Source of the DNA: Balanoglossus misakiensis
Taxonomy: Eukaryota > Animalia > Hemichordata
DNA length: 64,000 nucleotides
Assembly (NCBI GenBank): GCA_040954595.2
Contig: CM082594.2
Coordinates: 1,010,247-1,074,246, forward strand
Reading direction: 5' to 3'
This document shows, piece by piece, positions 63,201 to 64,000 of the stretch. The notes under the pieces were generated by a model. That model did no database searches. It was not told the origin of the DNA and saw only the letters and a program-made list of their open reading frames with translations. The position numbers and the translations under genes were made by a program. Each line of letters opens with the position of its first letter. The first letter of the stretch is position 1.

Positions 63201-64000
63201 TCTGAAAAAATGCAAATCTCAGATCTCAGAAACTACAAGTCAGATCAACTTCAAATTTGGCGTGCAGGTAGACTACCTTCTGTCAAACATTTTTGTAATT
63301 GGAAATTATGCTGTCAATGTTGCAGTTTTTTTGCTACAATTTTTTTTCTGAAATCTGGCTTAAATTTCAAAAATCTTCTTCTCCAGAACCGGTGATAACC
63401 GAGACACGGGGTTTGGGGTATGTGGTCACCTAACTGATGTCTATCAAGTTTGCGAAGATCATTATGATTGGTCGAAGATTATGGCGGCCATATTGGATTT
63501 TCGAAAAACCCTAGTAAAATTTCAAAAATCTTCTTCTCGAGAACCGGCGATAACCGAGTCACAAGATTTTGTGTGTGTGGTCATTCAACGGATGTCTATC
63601 AAGTTTGCGAAGAGGAATGTGATTGGTCGAAGATTATGGCGGCCATATTGGATTTTGTGAAAAACGATTAAAAAGTAAAAATTCCCTTTCTAGCCTAAAA
63701 GTTGATAGCACAGAAATTCTTTTTATGGATATGAATCATCATATGCCAAGAATAAGCTATAAATATTTTGGTAATTTTGGCAATGACCTTTGACCTACTT
63801 TTGACGCATCAATTTTCTGCATATCTAATTCCAGGCTAACCAATAGGGCTATAAGTTTGGTTTTTGATGTATGTGGATTTGTATGTGATCAAAAAATTTT
63901 GCTACTTTTCATGACCCCTTTGACCTCTGCTGACCTCATTAAATATGCGCATACCTAATTACAGATGAACCAATAGACCTAGAGGTTTTGTTTTTGTTGG
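57189..64000 (+). mobile_element. Head-to-tail array of ~1.43-kb non-autonomous Helentron (HINE/DINE-1-like) units: four complete and a fifth running off the window
   Basis: Each unit has a (TTTC)n tract, ~150-bp internal repeats with ggcggccatattggatttt, a 3' sub-TIR GCTTGGGCCC and a small stem-loop GCTGCT(T/C)GCAGC before TTTAAT. Unit ends at ~58676, 60107, 61530 and 62948. The 5' hairpin is present only at 57189 and 62965. Confidence 0.8.

Noticed and set aside
57400-63700. Recurrent ORFs MQISDLRNYK... and MALHFGP...
   Set aside because: Chance frames repeated with the non-coding Helentron units. There are no Rep/helicase motifs.

Overview
Eukaryotic, AT-rich, repeat-dominated window. The TE families and exon fragments suggest a marine invertebrate, possibly a deuterostome (inference). 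No intact host gene is visible, and most short ORFs in the track are artefacts of repeats. From left to right: (1) MITE and degenerate repeats (0.5-3.2 kb). (2) A 10.8-kb satellite whose unit grows 74>78>82/87 bp, with higher-order repeats (3.2-14.0 kb). (3) A giant imperfect palindrome (arms ~14.0-26.1 kb and ~32.4-41.75 kb). Its arms are themselves foldbacks built from old Academ, hAT and Helentron-like debris, and they carry arm-specific insertions: a 3.9-kb IS3EU-like foldback with a 6-bp TSD, a TTAA MITE and a Harbinger-like MITE. The 6.3-kb spacer holds decayed exons of a secreted modular protein (signal peptide, pentraxin, WSC-like, PAN-like). (4) A truncated minus-strand Gypsy retrotransposon with a PHD-finger integrase and an extra, apparently spliced 3' ORF (43.1-53.5 kb). 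(5) A full-length but mutated DIRS1-type tyrosine-recombinase retrotransposon (ITRs, ICR, RT-RNaseH-methyltransferase, YR) inserted in-frame into that Gypsy. (6) An array of 24 hairpins followed by tandem ~1.43-kb non-autonomous Helentron (HINE/DINE-1-like) units running to the window end. Identity values are by-eye estimates, and family assignments come from motif recognition, not database searches.
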